This document shows positions 38,386 through 51,584 of a DNA stretch of 64,000 bases, piece after piece. Position 1 is the first letter of the stretch, and every line of letters begins with the position of its first letter. The translations under genes were made by a program, and so were the position numbers. This DNA is from Octopus vulgaris (taxonomy: Eukaryota): contig OX597816.1 of NCBI GenBank assembly GCA_951406725.2, positions 15,624,001 to 15,688,000 of the forward strand, in the 5' to 3' direction. The notes under the pieces were generated by a model. The model was given only the letters and a program-made list of their open reading frames with translations, searched no databases and was not told where the DNA came from.

Positions 38386-38945
38386 TCACTATATATATAT
38401 ATATTTAAGGTCATTTCTATAGATATTTTATAGAAACTATAGTTTCTAATGTTTCGTTAAAAATAATGGAGCTTGTAGCAAAAATCAGTGTTGACTATAG
38501 TTTTGATAGGATATCTGTAGAAACAACTTTTAAAAAATGTAACAAGCACTGCTGATGCTGTGGGACATGGTACTGACTTATAAGAATATTTAGTATACTT
38601 CATAGTATATTGTGTTTGCATAACGAAGTGCCATGTACCTCCAAACCTTTAATATAACCCATGCCAGCATGGAAAGCAGACATTAAACGACAATGATTAT
38701 GATGTTGGTAGTGATGATGATTATATATATATATATATATATAGTAACAAACCGAGGAAAAGAGTTCCTTCAGAGGGGTTTGTTAAACATCCAATTCACT
38801 GGTACATCAATAGTAACTCTCTATTTAATTTATCTTCTATATATATGTGTGTATATATGTATATATATATGTGTTTGTGTGTGTGTATATATATATATAT
38901 ATAGACACACATACATACATACACACACCAATAAATGTAATTGTG

Positions 38946-39062
38946 CTGTAATATAATGAGCAGACCACACTTGGGAACATTTCTAGGTATGTCAAAGAAC
39001 CAGTCTGGTCTTTTGATTTGCCATGAAATGTTCTGATGTGTACTTTGTTCATTATATTACAG
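38946..39062. repeat. Imperfect palindrome (old fold-back MITE-like element)
   Basis: CTGTAATATAATGAGCAG...GAACATTTC versus GAAATGTTC...TTCATTATATTACAG, centred on ACCAG-T-CTGGT. Confidence 0.75.
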
Positions 39063-40207
39063 TTGTATTGTGTTACACTGCAATTGTGTTTTGGGGTGTA
39101 TATAAATATATATATTTATATACATGTGACAGATGACGTAGTGTCACTGATGTAACTAGCACAGATAACAAAACAGGTGTGAAGAAATGGAATGAACACC
39201 TTTTCTGTCACTTCACTTCTTTTATCAGATCTCTCTCTCTGCTCATATATATATATTGTTATACCTGACAATTGTCATCTTTTGCCAATCAAACACATAC
39301 ACTATTAATTTGCATTATTATTATTATTATCATTGTTATTATTGTTTTTTTTGTGAAGGTTCTTTCATCACACATTCTATGACCTGTTTAGAAAATTTCT
39401 GTCCCATGAGTGTCCTCTTGTCGTGCCTATTCTACTTGGTGTTTAATTAGCAAAAATTGACCATACTCATGTATAACAATATTTGTTTCAACACATGATT
39501 TCTCATCAAGAATCTCACATAATTAATACATAAATGTGTGTATGTATTCCATTCCATTGTAGCTACCTCTGATGTGTGCAGGGCTACATAATCAGACTGT
39601 TACCTAACACTCTGTTGGACCCTGAGTGCAAAACTGATTGATCAGATCAGCCGTAATGGATATATAATACTATACACTTATATATCAAAGGGCATCTAGC
39701 TGTGGAAATCACGCCAAAGCAGACACAGGAATTTGGCGCAGTCCTCTAGCTCACCTCCCTCTATCAAACTGTCCAACCCATGCCAGCATGGAAAGTGGAT
39801 GATAGATGATGATGATGGTGCATATGATGTATATAAATATATATATATATGTATATAACATTATATGTATTTACACACGCACACTCATAGAAAAACGTGT
39901 GACTACAAACACACACCGCATAATGATTTCAGAGGGTTGTATATGGGGGAGGGAAGAAGTTTCATGTATGACCTTTTTAATATCATTCCTACTTTTGCCT
40001 CTCTCTTGTGGTTATTAAATCAGGCTTTTCACTTTCATTCTGATTCTAGTCTTCCTGTCTTCCATAATGCACCGAGAAGTCTTCAGTGACTAATTGATAT
40101 TACAGCTTCCGCTGAGAGGATTTTTGTATGGAACCTTTTACATTTAGGAATTGCTATAAATTCGCACAATATTCAAGCAAATTAATGTAATAAACTTTGT
40201 GTACTTA

Positions 40208-40432
40208 TATATATGTATGCATATATATATATATATATATATATGTATATCTATCTATATATGTGTGTGTGTGTGTGTATATGTGTGTGTATATCTATAT
40301 ATATATATGTATATGTATATATCTATATTTATATAATGTATATATATATATATATGTATGAGTATATATATGTGTGTATATATCTATATATATATATATG
40401 TATATATCTATATTTATATATGTGTGTGTGTG

Positions 40433-40467
<35 letters not shown>

Positions 40468-40750
40468 CTATTTATATATATATGTATATATATATATATA
40501 TCTATTTATATATATATATGTATCTATATATATATATCTATTTATATATATATGTATATATATATATCTATTTATATATATATGTATATATATATATCTA
40601 TTTATATATATATGTGTCTATATATATCTATTTATATATATATGTGTCTATATATATCTATTTATATATATGTGTCTATATATATATATATATCTATTTA
40701 TATATATATATGTGTCTATATATATATATCTATTTATATATATATGTGTC

Positions 40751-40818
<68 letters not shown>

Positions 40819-40830
40819 CATATGCATGCA
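40208..40830. repeat. Long TA-based compound microsatellite
   Basis: Repeats of TATCTATTTATATATATATG; source of the 329-aa Y/I ORF. Confidence 0.95.
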
Positions 40831-41037
40831 TGTATATCACTAGTTATTCCATTCATGCATGAAAGTATATATGTCTTATTATATATTTATTCAATAGCCT
40901 TTCAGTGCCATAGTAGAGACCACATTTATTGGACTGCTCAAGACTTCCTGTCTTTTGTCCACTCTGAGACATCACCCACCCCCACTGACTGCCCCGCCGG
41001 CACCTCCCACCACTCAACAATTCTCCCTCAATCTCTA

Positions 41038-41076
<39 letters not shown>

Positions 41077-41266
41077 TCCTTGTTCTTTTTTCTTCTTCTT
41101 CCTTCCTTCCTCCCTTTTTTTTTTTTTTTATTCCTCCTCTATTGCAATGTTGTAAACATGGTACTTATTAGTTTGACAGTCAAATGGAATTTGTCTCTGT
41201 AATAGTTGAATGGTTTATTGCAAAATGTTTTAGTCTTTTATCCATATTTTTTTCCTCGTTTTATTT

Positions 41267-41334
<68 letters not shown>

Positions 41335-41432
41335 CCAAAGGAACAATTCTGAATATGAATGTTTTATGTGATTGATCATTTTCAAATACTCATACATGTT
41401 TGTGGAATATTTATATATGTACATACATACAT

Positions 41433-41802
41433 AGGAGTGGCTGTGTGGTAAGTAGCTTGCTAACCAACCACATGGTTCCGGGTTCAGTCCCACTGCGTGG
41501 CATCTTGGGCAAGTGTCTTCTGCTATAGCCCCGGGCCGACCAATGCCTTGTGAATGGATTTGGTAGACGGAAACTGAAAGAAGCCTGTCGTATATATGTA
41601 TATATATGTGAGTGTATGTGTTTGTGTGTCTGTGTTTGACAACCGATGCTGGTGTGTTTACGTCCCCGTCACTTAGCGGTTCGGCAAAAGAGACCGATAG
41701 AATAAGTACTGGGCTTACAAAGAATAAGTCCCGGGGTCGATTTGCTCGGCTAAAGGCGGTGCTCCAGCATGGCCGCAGTCAAATGACTGAAACAAGTAAA
41801 AG
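41433..41802 (+). mobile_element. SINE family A, young
   Basis: Near-consensus head and tail. Confidence 0.9.
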
Positions 41803-41954
41803 AGAAAAAAAGAGAAAAAAATATGTGTGTGTGTGTGTGTGTAAAGAGAGAGAGAGAGAGAGAGAAAGAAGCATACATTGAGCATAAGTATGTATATATA
41901 ATTAGGCACATATGTGTATGTATTTAGTTAGGCACACATTATGCATGCATTTGT

Positions 41955-42683
41955 GACTGGCCTCCGTGCTGTGGGCACATGACAAACACCATCCGATCGT
42001 GGCCGTTCGCTAGCCTCATCTAGCACCTGTGTCGGTGGCACATAAAAACACCATCCGAAGACCCGGCAAGACTAGTCAGGCCATAACCCATGGCCCCTAC
42101 CTGGGACGTAGTCAGTCCACCTGTGCATACCTTCCTTCTTGTGACACTTGTGAAGACCTGTTGAGGCAAGTGAAAATCAAAACAAATCAAAATAGATGAA
42201 CATCAATGGAATTTGTATCCTTGTGGTACCAGTGCCGGTGGCACGTGGCACACAAGAAAACCATCCGAACGTGGCCGTAGCCAGTACCGCATCGACTGGC
42301 CTCCGTGCTGTGGGCACGTAACAAGCACCATCCGATCGTGGCCGTTTGCCAGCCTCATCTGGCACCTGTGTCGGTGGCACATAAAAACACCATCCGAGCG
42401 TGGCCGTCTGCCAGCCTCGTCTGGCACCTGTGTCGGTGGCACATAAAAAACACCATCCGAGCGTGGCCGTTTGCCAGCCTCGTCTGGCACCTGTGTCGGT
42501 GGCACATAAAATCACCCACTACACTCTCGGAGTGGTTGGCGTTAGGAAGGGCATCCAGCTGTAGAAACACTGCCAGATCTGACTGGACTGGTGCAGCTTT
42601 CGGGCTCCCCAGACCCCAGTTGAACCGTCCAACCCATGCTAGCATGGAAAGCGGACGTTAAATGATGATGATGATGATGATGA
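41955..42683 (+). mobile_element. Family B, longest copy (probable LINE 3' UTR)
   Basis: Unique segment 42057-42235, then four to five units of about 63 bp, the conserved 3' end and (GAT)n; no tRNA-like head in this or the other long copies. Confidence 0.8.
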
Positions 42684-42735
42684 TATATATGTATATATGA
42701 GAAAAAGAGAGAGAGATGGAGAGTGATGTATGTGT

Positions 42736-42931
42736 CATCATCATCATCATCGTTTAAAGTCCGCTTTCCATTCTAGCATGGTAGCATGGGTTGGACAATT
42801 TGACTGAGGACTGGTGAACCAGATGGCTGCACCAGGCTCCAATCATGATCTGGCAGAGTTTCTACAGCTGGATGCACTTCTTGATGCCAACCACTCCGGG
42901 AGTGTTGTGGGTGCTTTCACGTGCCACCGGC
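42736..42931 (-). mobile_element. Family B 3' end
   Basis: (CAT)n tail; lies tail-to-tail with the previous copy. Confidence 0.8.
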
Positions 42932-42946
42932 ATATACATTATGTAT

Positions 42947-43326
42947 ACTCTTTTACTCTTTTACTTGTTTCAGTCATTTGACTGCGGCCATGCTGGAGCA
43001 CCGCCTTTAGTCGAGCAAATCGACCCCGGGACTTATTCTTTTGTAAGCCCAGTACTTATTCTATCGGTCTCTTTTGCCAAACCGCTAAGTGACGGGGACG
43101 TAAACACTCCAGCAATGCTAGGAGGACAAACACAGACACACAAACACATACATATATATATATATATACATATATACGATGGGCTTCTTTCAGTTTCCGT
43201 CTACCAAATCCACTCACAAGGCATTGGTCGGCCCGGGGCTATAGTAGAAGACACTTGCCCAAGATGCCATGCAGTGGGACTGAATGCGGAACCATATGGT
43301 TGGTTAGCAAGCTACTTACCACACAG
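42947..43326 (-). mobile_element. SINE family A, young
   Basis: Reverse complement matches 41433-41802. Confidence 0.9.
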
Positions 43327-43641
43327 CATATTCTTCTTTTCTTTTGCTTGATTCAGTTATAGTACTGTGGCCATACTGGGGCACCAGCTTTTAAAGTAGT
43401 CACTCAAATAATGTCCCGTACTTATTTTTGTCAAGTTTGGTAATTTTCTTATTCTACAAGCACCGGTATAGGAATAAGGATCAAATAGCCGTAAACTGTG
43501 AATTTCTAAGTTCATTGTAGTGGAAGCACAACCAACAGCAAAATGTATGAGAAGGGGTAACAACATCAACCATAATCCTGTAGTGATGGAAGCAATTGTG
43601 TGAACATGTTTATTTTAACCACAATATATATATGAGAGAAA

Positions 43642-43868
43642 AGCTGGCAGAATCGTTAGCACGCCAGGCAAAATGCCTAGCAGTATTTTGTTTGCTGCTA
43701 CATTCTGATTTCAAATTCTGCTGAGGTTGACTTTGATTTTCATCCTTTTGGGGTTGGTTGAATAAGTATCAGTTATGCTCTGGGATTGATTTAATGGACT
43801 TAATTCCCTTTTTCCTGTCCTTGTTTGTCCCTTCTATGTCTAGCCCCCCTGTGGGCAATAAAGAAATA
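43642..43868 (+). mobile_element. SINE family C (diverged)
   Basis: AGCTGGCAGAATCGTTAGCACGCC through GTGGGCAATAAAGAAATA. Confidence 0.85.
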
Positions 43869-44112
43869 AATATATATGAGAGAAAAAATGGATGAGTCCA
43901 CATAAAAACTCATACGTGCGCTGGTGGCACATAAAAATGTACCCAGTATATGCTGGGAAGTGGTTGGCATTAGGAAAAGCATTGAGCCATAGAAACCATG
44001 CAAGAGCAGAGAGTAAATCATGATGCAGTCTTTGGATTCATTGAATTTTTGTCAAACTGTCCAACCCTGCCAGCATGGAACCTGGGTATCAAGTGATGAT
44101 GATGATTACAAG

Positions 44113-44167
<55 letters not shown>

Positions 44168-44496
44168 GTATGTATGTGTATATATATATATATGTATGTG
44201 TATATATATATATATGTATGTGTGTATATATATATATATGTATGTGTATATATATATATATATGTATGTGTATATATATATATGTATGTGTATATATATA
44301 TATGTGTGTGTGTATATATCTATGTGTATATATGTATATATATGTGTGTGTATAACATATGTATATATCTATGTGTATATATGTATATATATATGTGTGT
44401 GTATAACATATGCATATATATATATATGTAGCATATGGTATAATTATAAACAGCAAATTTTAGCCATTTCTCCACAGACTGAAAAAATTATGAACA

Positions 44497-44539
44497 ACCT
44501 TAATCGATTTTTGAACTTTATTGGGTTCTCATCAGAGGC
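44497..44539 (-). ncRNA. Minimal type I hammerhead motif with a single core mutation (G12 to A)
   Basis: Minus strand: GCCT-CTGATGA-GAAC-CCAATAAA-GTTC-AAAA-ATCGAT-TA|AGGT. Confidence 0.6.
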
Positions 44540-44540
44540 G

Positions 44541-44621
<81 letters not shown>

Positions 44622-45336
44622 GTGTCTGTGCGTGTGTATATATATATATATATGTATATATAATATGCACACATTATTTAGATAAATAAACTTCTGTGGA
44701 ATAAGTCAACATAAATATCCTATAGAGATGTGTGTGTGTAAATATATACATTAAATTATGTAAATAGATATATATTTACATGTACATAATGTGTCTGTGA
44801 TGACGACCCATTACGTTACAAGTCTCATATCTAAAAGATTTAGCATGCGCCCCCTCCCATCCCCATTCTCATACTATGGCAGCACTCTTCTCTATTCGTA
44901 AGTTATGAGTAATCCTGTCATCTCCTTTGACATAAGCAGTTATATCTTAAACACGACTAGACGTTTGATTGAGCTTTGTCCACAATATTGCTAATGCTGT
45001 ACGGCAGTCTTTTTGATTTGAGGTATTAGTTTTAAATGAAGCCATCTTAACAACTTCACTGGTCAAAGTTCAATGACTGGGAGTTATAAAATATAAAGTT
45101 TCAAGATATTATTTATTTATAGAACTATAGTTTGAATAGCGTATATTGATTCTGTGATTCTCCAGGCTGTTAATATCTTCTCCACTCTTTTATATAAAAG
45201 ATTATGTTTAGATCGGCTTGTTCTTTGATCGTCAGAACGTGTTATATTTTCAATATTTTATGTACATGTTCACAGGCTAGGATTGAACTCATTAACCTTT
45301 TTATTTCGTGTGGGTTTCCAATATTTTTACCTATAA

Positions 45337-45740
45337 GGCGCAGGAGTGGCTGTGTGGTAAGTAGCTTGTTTAGCAACCACATGGTTCCGGGTTCAGTCCC
45401 ATTGCGTGGCACCTTGGGCAAGTGTCTTCTGCTATAGCCCTGGGCCGACCAATGCCTTGTGAGTGGATTTGGTAGATGGAAACTGAAAGAAGCCTGTCGT
45501 ATATATATGTATATATATATGTGTGTGTGTGTATATGTTTGTGTGTCTGTGTTAGTCCCCCTAGCATTGCTTGACAACCGATGCTGGTGTGTTTATGTCC
45601 CCGTCACTTAGCGGTTCAGCAAAAGAGACCGATAGAATAAATACTGGGCTTACAAAGAATAAGTCCCGGGGTCGATTTGCTCGACTAAAGGCGGTGCTCC
45701 AGCATGGCCGCAGTCAAATGACTGAAGCAAGTTAAAGAGT
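45337..45740 (+). mobile_element. SINE family A, full length, young
   Basis: GGCGCAGGAGTGGCTGTGTGGTAAG through GCAGTCAAATGACTGAAGCAAG. Confidence 0.9.
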
Positions 45741-47117
45741 TAAAGAATAAGGTCACAAGTCCCTTAGTGAATTCAATCTCAGCTCCAAGTATGTGGCAAA
45801 TACACCATTTGACAATGGTGAGGAGGTGGTGAATCAACAAAGATGGGGATGAGCGAAGAAAGCCAAAACATATTATTACTGGTTTACTAGTTGCAGTCAT
45901 TGGACTGTCACCATGCTGGAGCATTGCCTCCATTAGTTTAGTCAATTGTATTGACCTCGATATTTATTTATTTTTTCGGTATTTATTTTATTGACCTCTG
46001 TTGTTATGGAACATACACATGAATGCAAGACAGACATGTACAAACATGCTACATGTGTATATTACGTATGGTCATACATATATGCATACATACATTACTA
46101 CATCAAAAGCTTTCCAGCCAAGACCCTCATTTTTTTCTCAAACATTATCCAGTGATTTCTTTTTCTCTTATTTATTTTTAATGGTAGTGTGTTTGCTTCT
46201 CAACCATATGGTTCTGGTTTCAATCCCACTGCATGGTACCTTGGGCAAATCTCCTCTTCTATAGCCTGGGGCTGACCAAAGGCTTCTAAGAGAATTTGAT
46301 AAGCAGAAACTGAAGGAAGCCTGTGTGTGTGTGTGTTTATTCCCCTCTCACACCTTGACAACCAGTGTTGGCATGTTTATATCCATGTAACTTAGCTGTT
46401 CAAATAACTAAAACAAGTAAAAGAGTATATGACGATATTTCAAACATTTTATAAACTTGTTTCGTAGTCCTCACTACGTATTCCCCAGCCCCTTGAGAGA
46501 TGGCTCTGACTTGTACCCACAATGCAGAGTGTGTTATAACTCCTACATTTTGAGAAATCATGTAGACAAAGATATGTAACTTAGCAAAGAGGGACACAGT
46601 TTAGCCTGTATAACAAGTAGTTTGAACAAATCATATCTGTTAATATTTTGCTTTTGTGTTTGGACAACCAGTTACCTGGGGTTTTTGATCTACAAAGTGC
46701 AACAGATTGTTTTTATGTTTTCCATGTGACATCATATTGGATTGTCTCATAAATTCATTCATTGATTGTTTTCTGTTTTGTTTTTTCTATTTGGCTCGAT
46801 TTTTGTCATATGTCTGAAAAAGAGGTGAAAAATTTATTAAAATTTCACAAAAATGATAAACCAAAAGAGGAATAATATAGCTATAAAAAAACAAAAAAAA
46901 AAGAAAGGAAAACATAAAACATTATGATAAAAATACTTTTCATGTTAATTCAAATAACAGTGCAAAGGATTAAAATAAATGAGGAAAAAAATACAAATTT
47001 ATCTCAGAACTCAATACTGTTACAACTTTCAATATCATTACAACTTTCTGTCTGATATATATATATGTGTGTGTGTGTGTATGTATATGTGTGTGTATAT
47101 ATATATATATGTATGTA

Positions 47118-47160
<43 letters not shown>

Positions 47161-47207
47161 ATGTGTATATATATATATGTATGTATATGTGTATATATAT
47201 ATATGTA

Positions 47208-47277
<70 letters not shown>

Positions 47278-47436
47278 ATTTTATCACATTTGAACTACTT
47301 ACTGCTTTTTTATGATGATTCATATTTTATTTGCTATACTTTATATCTCATTTACTCAATACATATTTTTTTATCTTATATATATATAAATATATATTTT
47401 CAGCATGGCGGTATCTCGTAGATACCCTAAGTTATA

Positions 47437-47477
<41 letters not shown>

Positions 47478-48413
47478 TGTATGTATGTATGTATGTATAT
47501 ATGATTGTATGTATGTATGTATATATGATTGTATGTATGTATGTATATATGTATGCACACATATGCATCAGCCATATTTTCCTTGTTGCTGATATCTCGT
47601 CAATCTAATGTTTAATAATTTTGGATATTATCATCGCCATTTAGTTTCATATTGTTAGAATCCATTTGCTCTCTAGTATTATTGTTTTTTTTTTTACATG
47701 TTACATGCTTTTGGGACGCTTATGAAAAAGAATAGATAAAAATCAGTGGAATATTACATTATGTGGGTAGTAAGTACCATTTCATTTGGCAGTGTGAATT
47801 TGGGTGGTCTGTTTCACACATTTACATACAGACACACATGCATGCATGCACACACACACACGATTTAAATGATCTTAGAAGGGCTTTGAATTCTAGACAC
47901 ATCAAATGAATATGAGAAAGGATGTTCTTATCATTTTGATATAAGTGTAACAGTCCACTTTTGCGAGAACATTTTTTACACTAAATATACAAACACATCC
48001 TTTATTTTGCCTTATACATTCTAAAATATATAAACTCACTGTGAATCCATCATCATCATTGTTTATTGTCTGCTTCCCATGCTGCCATAAATTGTATGGT
48101 TTGACAGAATCCAGCAAGCCACAGGACTGCAATGAACCTCAATGTCAGATTTGGCATGGTTTCTATGGTTAGGTGCCAACGACTTTACAGTGTGTACTGG
48201 GTGCTTTTCTCATACCACTTGCATTTGTGAGGTCACTAAGTAACTTGTAAGGCAGAAAAAGGGGGGAAAAGAAAAAAGAAAGTGGAAGGGTATTTCATAG
48301 TTGGGTGGCTTTCTGCTACCCAGCACTGAAATATTCCGAAATACTCCCCAAGCTCATACTTAGCCAAAGGGCTTTTTCTTTTACCTTTATCCTACTTTGA
48401 GAGGCTAAAGTAT

Positions 48414-48462
<49 letters not shown>

Positions 48463-48479
48463 ATGTGTCTGTGTGTGTG

Positions 48480-48700
48480 TATATGTTTGTGTGTCTGTGT
48501 TTTCCCCCCAACATCACTTGACAAACTGATGCTGGCGTGTTTACGTTCCCAAAACTTAGCATTCAGCAAAAGAGACTAATAGATTGAGTAATGGGCTTAG
48601 AAAGAATAAGGCCTGGAGTCGATTTGCTCGACTAAAGGCGGTACTCCAGCATGGCCGCAGTCAAATGCCTGAAACAAGTAAAAGAATAAAAGAAAAGAAT
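48480..48700 (+). mobile_element. SINE family A, 3' half only
   Basis: Begins at the internal microsatellite; the head is missing. Confidence 0.8.
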
Positions 48701-48799
48701 AAAGCACAAAACCTCAATTTCAAAATCTCTCTAAATGCTTTGTTCAGCTGATTACTTCTGTGCCACAAACTCCTCAAACAGAACAGTAAAAAAAGTAAA

Positions 48800-49304
48800 A
48801 GTAAAGATTCCTTCCTGAGTCATAGGCTCCTAAGGGGCCAGTTTCCTGGTTTCCATGGCATATACCTATTTCTTTACTGCCCACAAGGGGCTAAACACAG
48901 AGGGGACAAACAAGGACAGACAAACGGCTTAAGTCGATTATATCGACCCCAGTGCATAACTGGTACTTTATTTATCAACCCCGAAAGGATGAAAGGCAAA
49001 GTCGACCTCGGCGAAATTTGAACTCAGAACGTAACGACAGACGAAATACCGCTAAGCATTTCGCCTGGAGCGCTAAAGTGTCGGCCAGCTCACCACCTAT
49101 AGCATATATATTCACAGCATATATATTCCCCCACCTGAACAGGACATCTGTGAGGATTACTCATTTCTGCCAGGTGACTGGACTTGAGCAACATGAAATG
49201 AAGTGTTTTGCCCAAGATCGCAATGTGTCACTAAGTCCAGGAATCAAAACCATAATCTTACGAGCATGAGTCTTACAGCCTAACCACTAAGCCATGAACC
49301 TCCA
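48800..49304 (-). mobile_element. SINE D variant 2 with a nested family C SINE (48865-49098)
   Basis: Flanks match 27844-28083; the insert is bounded by ATGGCATATA (48855) and ATAGCATATA (49099). Confidence 0.8.
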
Positions 49305-50633
49305 CCAAACTGAACAATAATTGTTAATTTTATTAATGTATGGTTTACATAAATAAATACTGTTTTCTATTTTTTTTTTTTTATTTATCATCTTACAAGA
49401 TCACTCAACTTTGGTAAGTTAGAATTAATTTTAGATTACGGATAATTGTAGATGGTTTGGTGTGAAATATGTTGGTTTTGATGTGGTTTGGTCAGTAAGA
49501 GATGCAGATATGTCTGAGTTACATGTTAACAATTGGAATATGGTTTGTAGCAATGGCAATTGGAAGAAACTAGAAAATTTTCAGAACTGATATATTTTGT
49601 TATTCTACTAAATGAAACAAACATAATGATTTGTCTGTGTGTATATATATGTATGTAAATATGTGTGTGTGAGTGTCTGTGTACATGTATATATGTACTA
49701 CATGTACCCATCTACCTATATACATACTCATGTATGTATATTTGTATGGGAATGTGTGTGTGTGTATATATGTATGTATGCGGGTATATATATGTGTAAG
49801 TATATTTGTATGTGTGTATGTATGCATATGCATGTGTGCATGTAAATACGTGTGTGTGTGCGTGTGTGTATATATGTGTGTGTGTATATGTAAATCTATA
49901 TATGTGAGTATATATGTATGTGTGTATGTATATATGTACATGTATGTATGTATGCATATGCATGTGTGCATGTAAATATGTGTGTGTGTGTGTGTGTGTA
50001 TATGTAAATCTATATATGTGAGTATATATGTATGTGTGTATGTATATATGTACATGTGTGCATGTAAATGTGTGTGTGCGTGTGTATATATGTGTGTGTG
50101 TGTGTATAAATCTATATATGTGTATATGTGTATGTATATATGTACATGTGTTCATGTGTATATCCATATGTGTGCATGTGTGTATATATCCGTATGTGTG
50201 TGTGTGTGTACTTTTAAAGTTCAGTCAAAGAACTGTGTTACACTGTGTAAATATCTGCAAAAACCAAAAAAAAAACCTACTCAAATTAATGGCTGAGAAA
50301 CTGCTTCACTGAACCTAGGGACAGGAAATTTATAAAATCATTGTTGACAAAACTCTGGGGCTGGAATGAAAATTATAGGTTGGTATGGAATTTTGACTGC
50401 TTTGATGAAATTAGTTTTGGTAATTATAGGTTGCACAGGGCAGTGTCTGTCTGCCTTCTCATTCAGTTGTATCAGCCAATGCTAAATAATTTTTCACAGT
50501 GGATATTAACTGTTCATTATGTTTAAATCAACACCGTACTATGAAACAAATGCTTATATTTGATTACAGGAAAATATCTTGTTGTTTTCATGTTATGTTT
50601 CACATTCATTAGTTCCTTTTACTATATATTATG

Positions 50634-50689
<56 letters not shown>

Positions 50690-50971
50690 GTTATGTGTAT
50701 TCTCTAACAGTTTTAGAAGAGTTGTTGTTTTCTATAATGCGCTGCATTCATTAGGTTGGTTAGATTCTGCATTGAAATTTTGCTATGAGCATATTGCTTT
50801 TGTGTAGTTCTTCAGCAAGGTATTTTACTACGGTCAGGCTTATTAGCTAAATAATACAAATGCCACTCCCACGTGGCAGAGCTTTTGATGTCTGGCAGGG
50901 AAAACATACGCTCAAACCTTTGATTCTAAATGTCTGCATTTGGATAACGAATCAGCTATTGTTAACAACTT

Positions 50972-51189
50972 TTATCGTTTACTTGTTTCACTCATTGGAT
51001 TGTGGCCATGCTGGGGCACCACTTTGAAGGGTTTAGTCAAATAAATTGGCCCAAATATTAATTTTTTTAAAAATTATTTTTTAAAGTCTGGTTTTTATTC
51101 CATTGGTTTCTTTTGCAGAACTATTAAGTTATATGGATGTAACCAAACCAATACCATCTGTTCAAATGGTGGTGAGAGGTGGAAGACAA

Positions 51190-51231
<42 letters not shown>

Positions 51232-51400
51232 ACATACACACAGAGGCCCTCTCACAGTTTGTTTAACAAATTCAGTCTCAAGGTATTGGATGAGTCAGAA
51301 ACTATGGAAAAAAGATACTTGCTCAAGATGTCATAGAGTGGGACTGAACCTGAAACCATGTAGTAACAAAACAAGCTTCTTAACTACACAACCATACTTG
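50972..51400 (-). mobile_element. SINE family A (old)
   Basis: Degenerate but colinear with the young copies. Confidence 0.75.
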
Positions 51401-51584
51401 TGACTATAGAAAATAAAATCTAGAAAATTATACCATTGTTGTTAGTTTCCAGATTTGTAATAGAGCAGCCTTATGGTCAAAGGCATTCCAGCAATGACCA
51501 TCCTGTCTTTTTAGGAATTCTTTTATCAATGTATCCTTTTTCTATGACAGTACAATAAGGTATGATTGAAGGGAATTTGAGCAG

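Noticed and set aside
42803-42825. CTGAGGA-CTGG-TGAA-CCAG and other isolated CTGANGA hits (about 5259, 15043, 40080, 45230, 54179, 59930)
   Set aside because: No correctly placed GAAA with stems I-III, so not called hammerheads.
49400-49413. aag|ATCACTCAACTTTG|gtaagt microexon candidate
   Set aside because: Weak AAG acceptor and a frame-shifting length of 14 nt.
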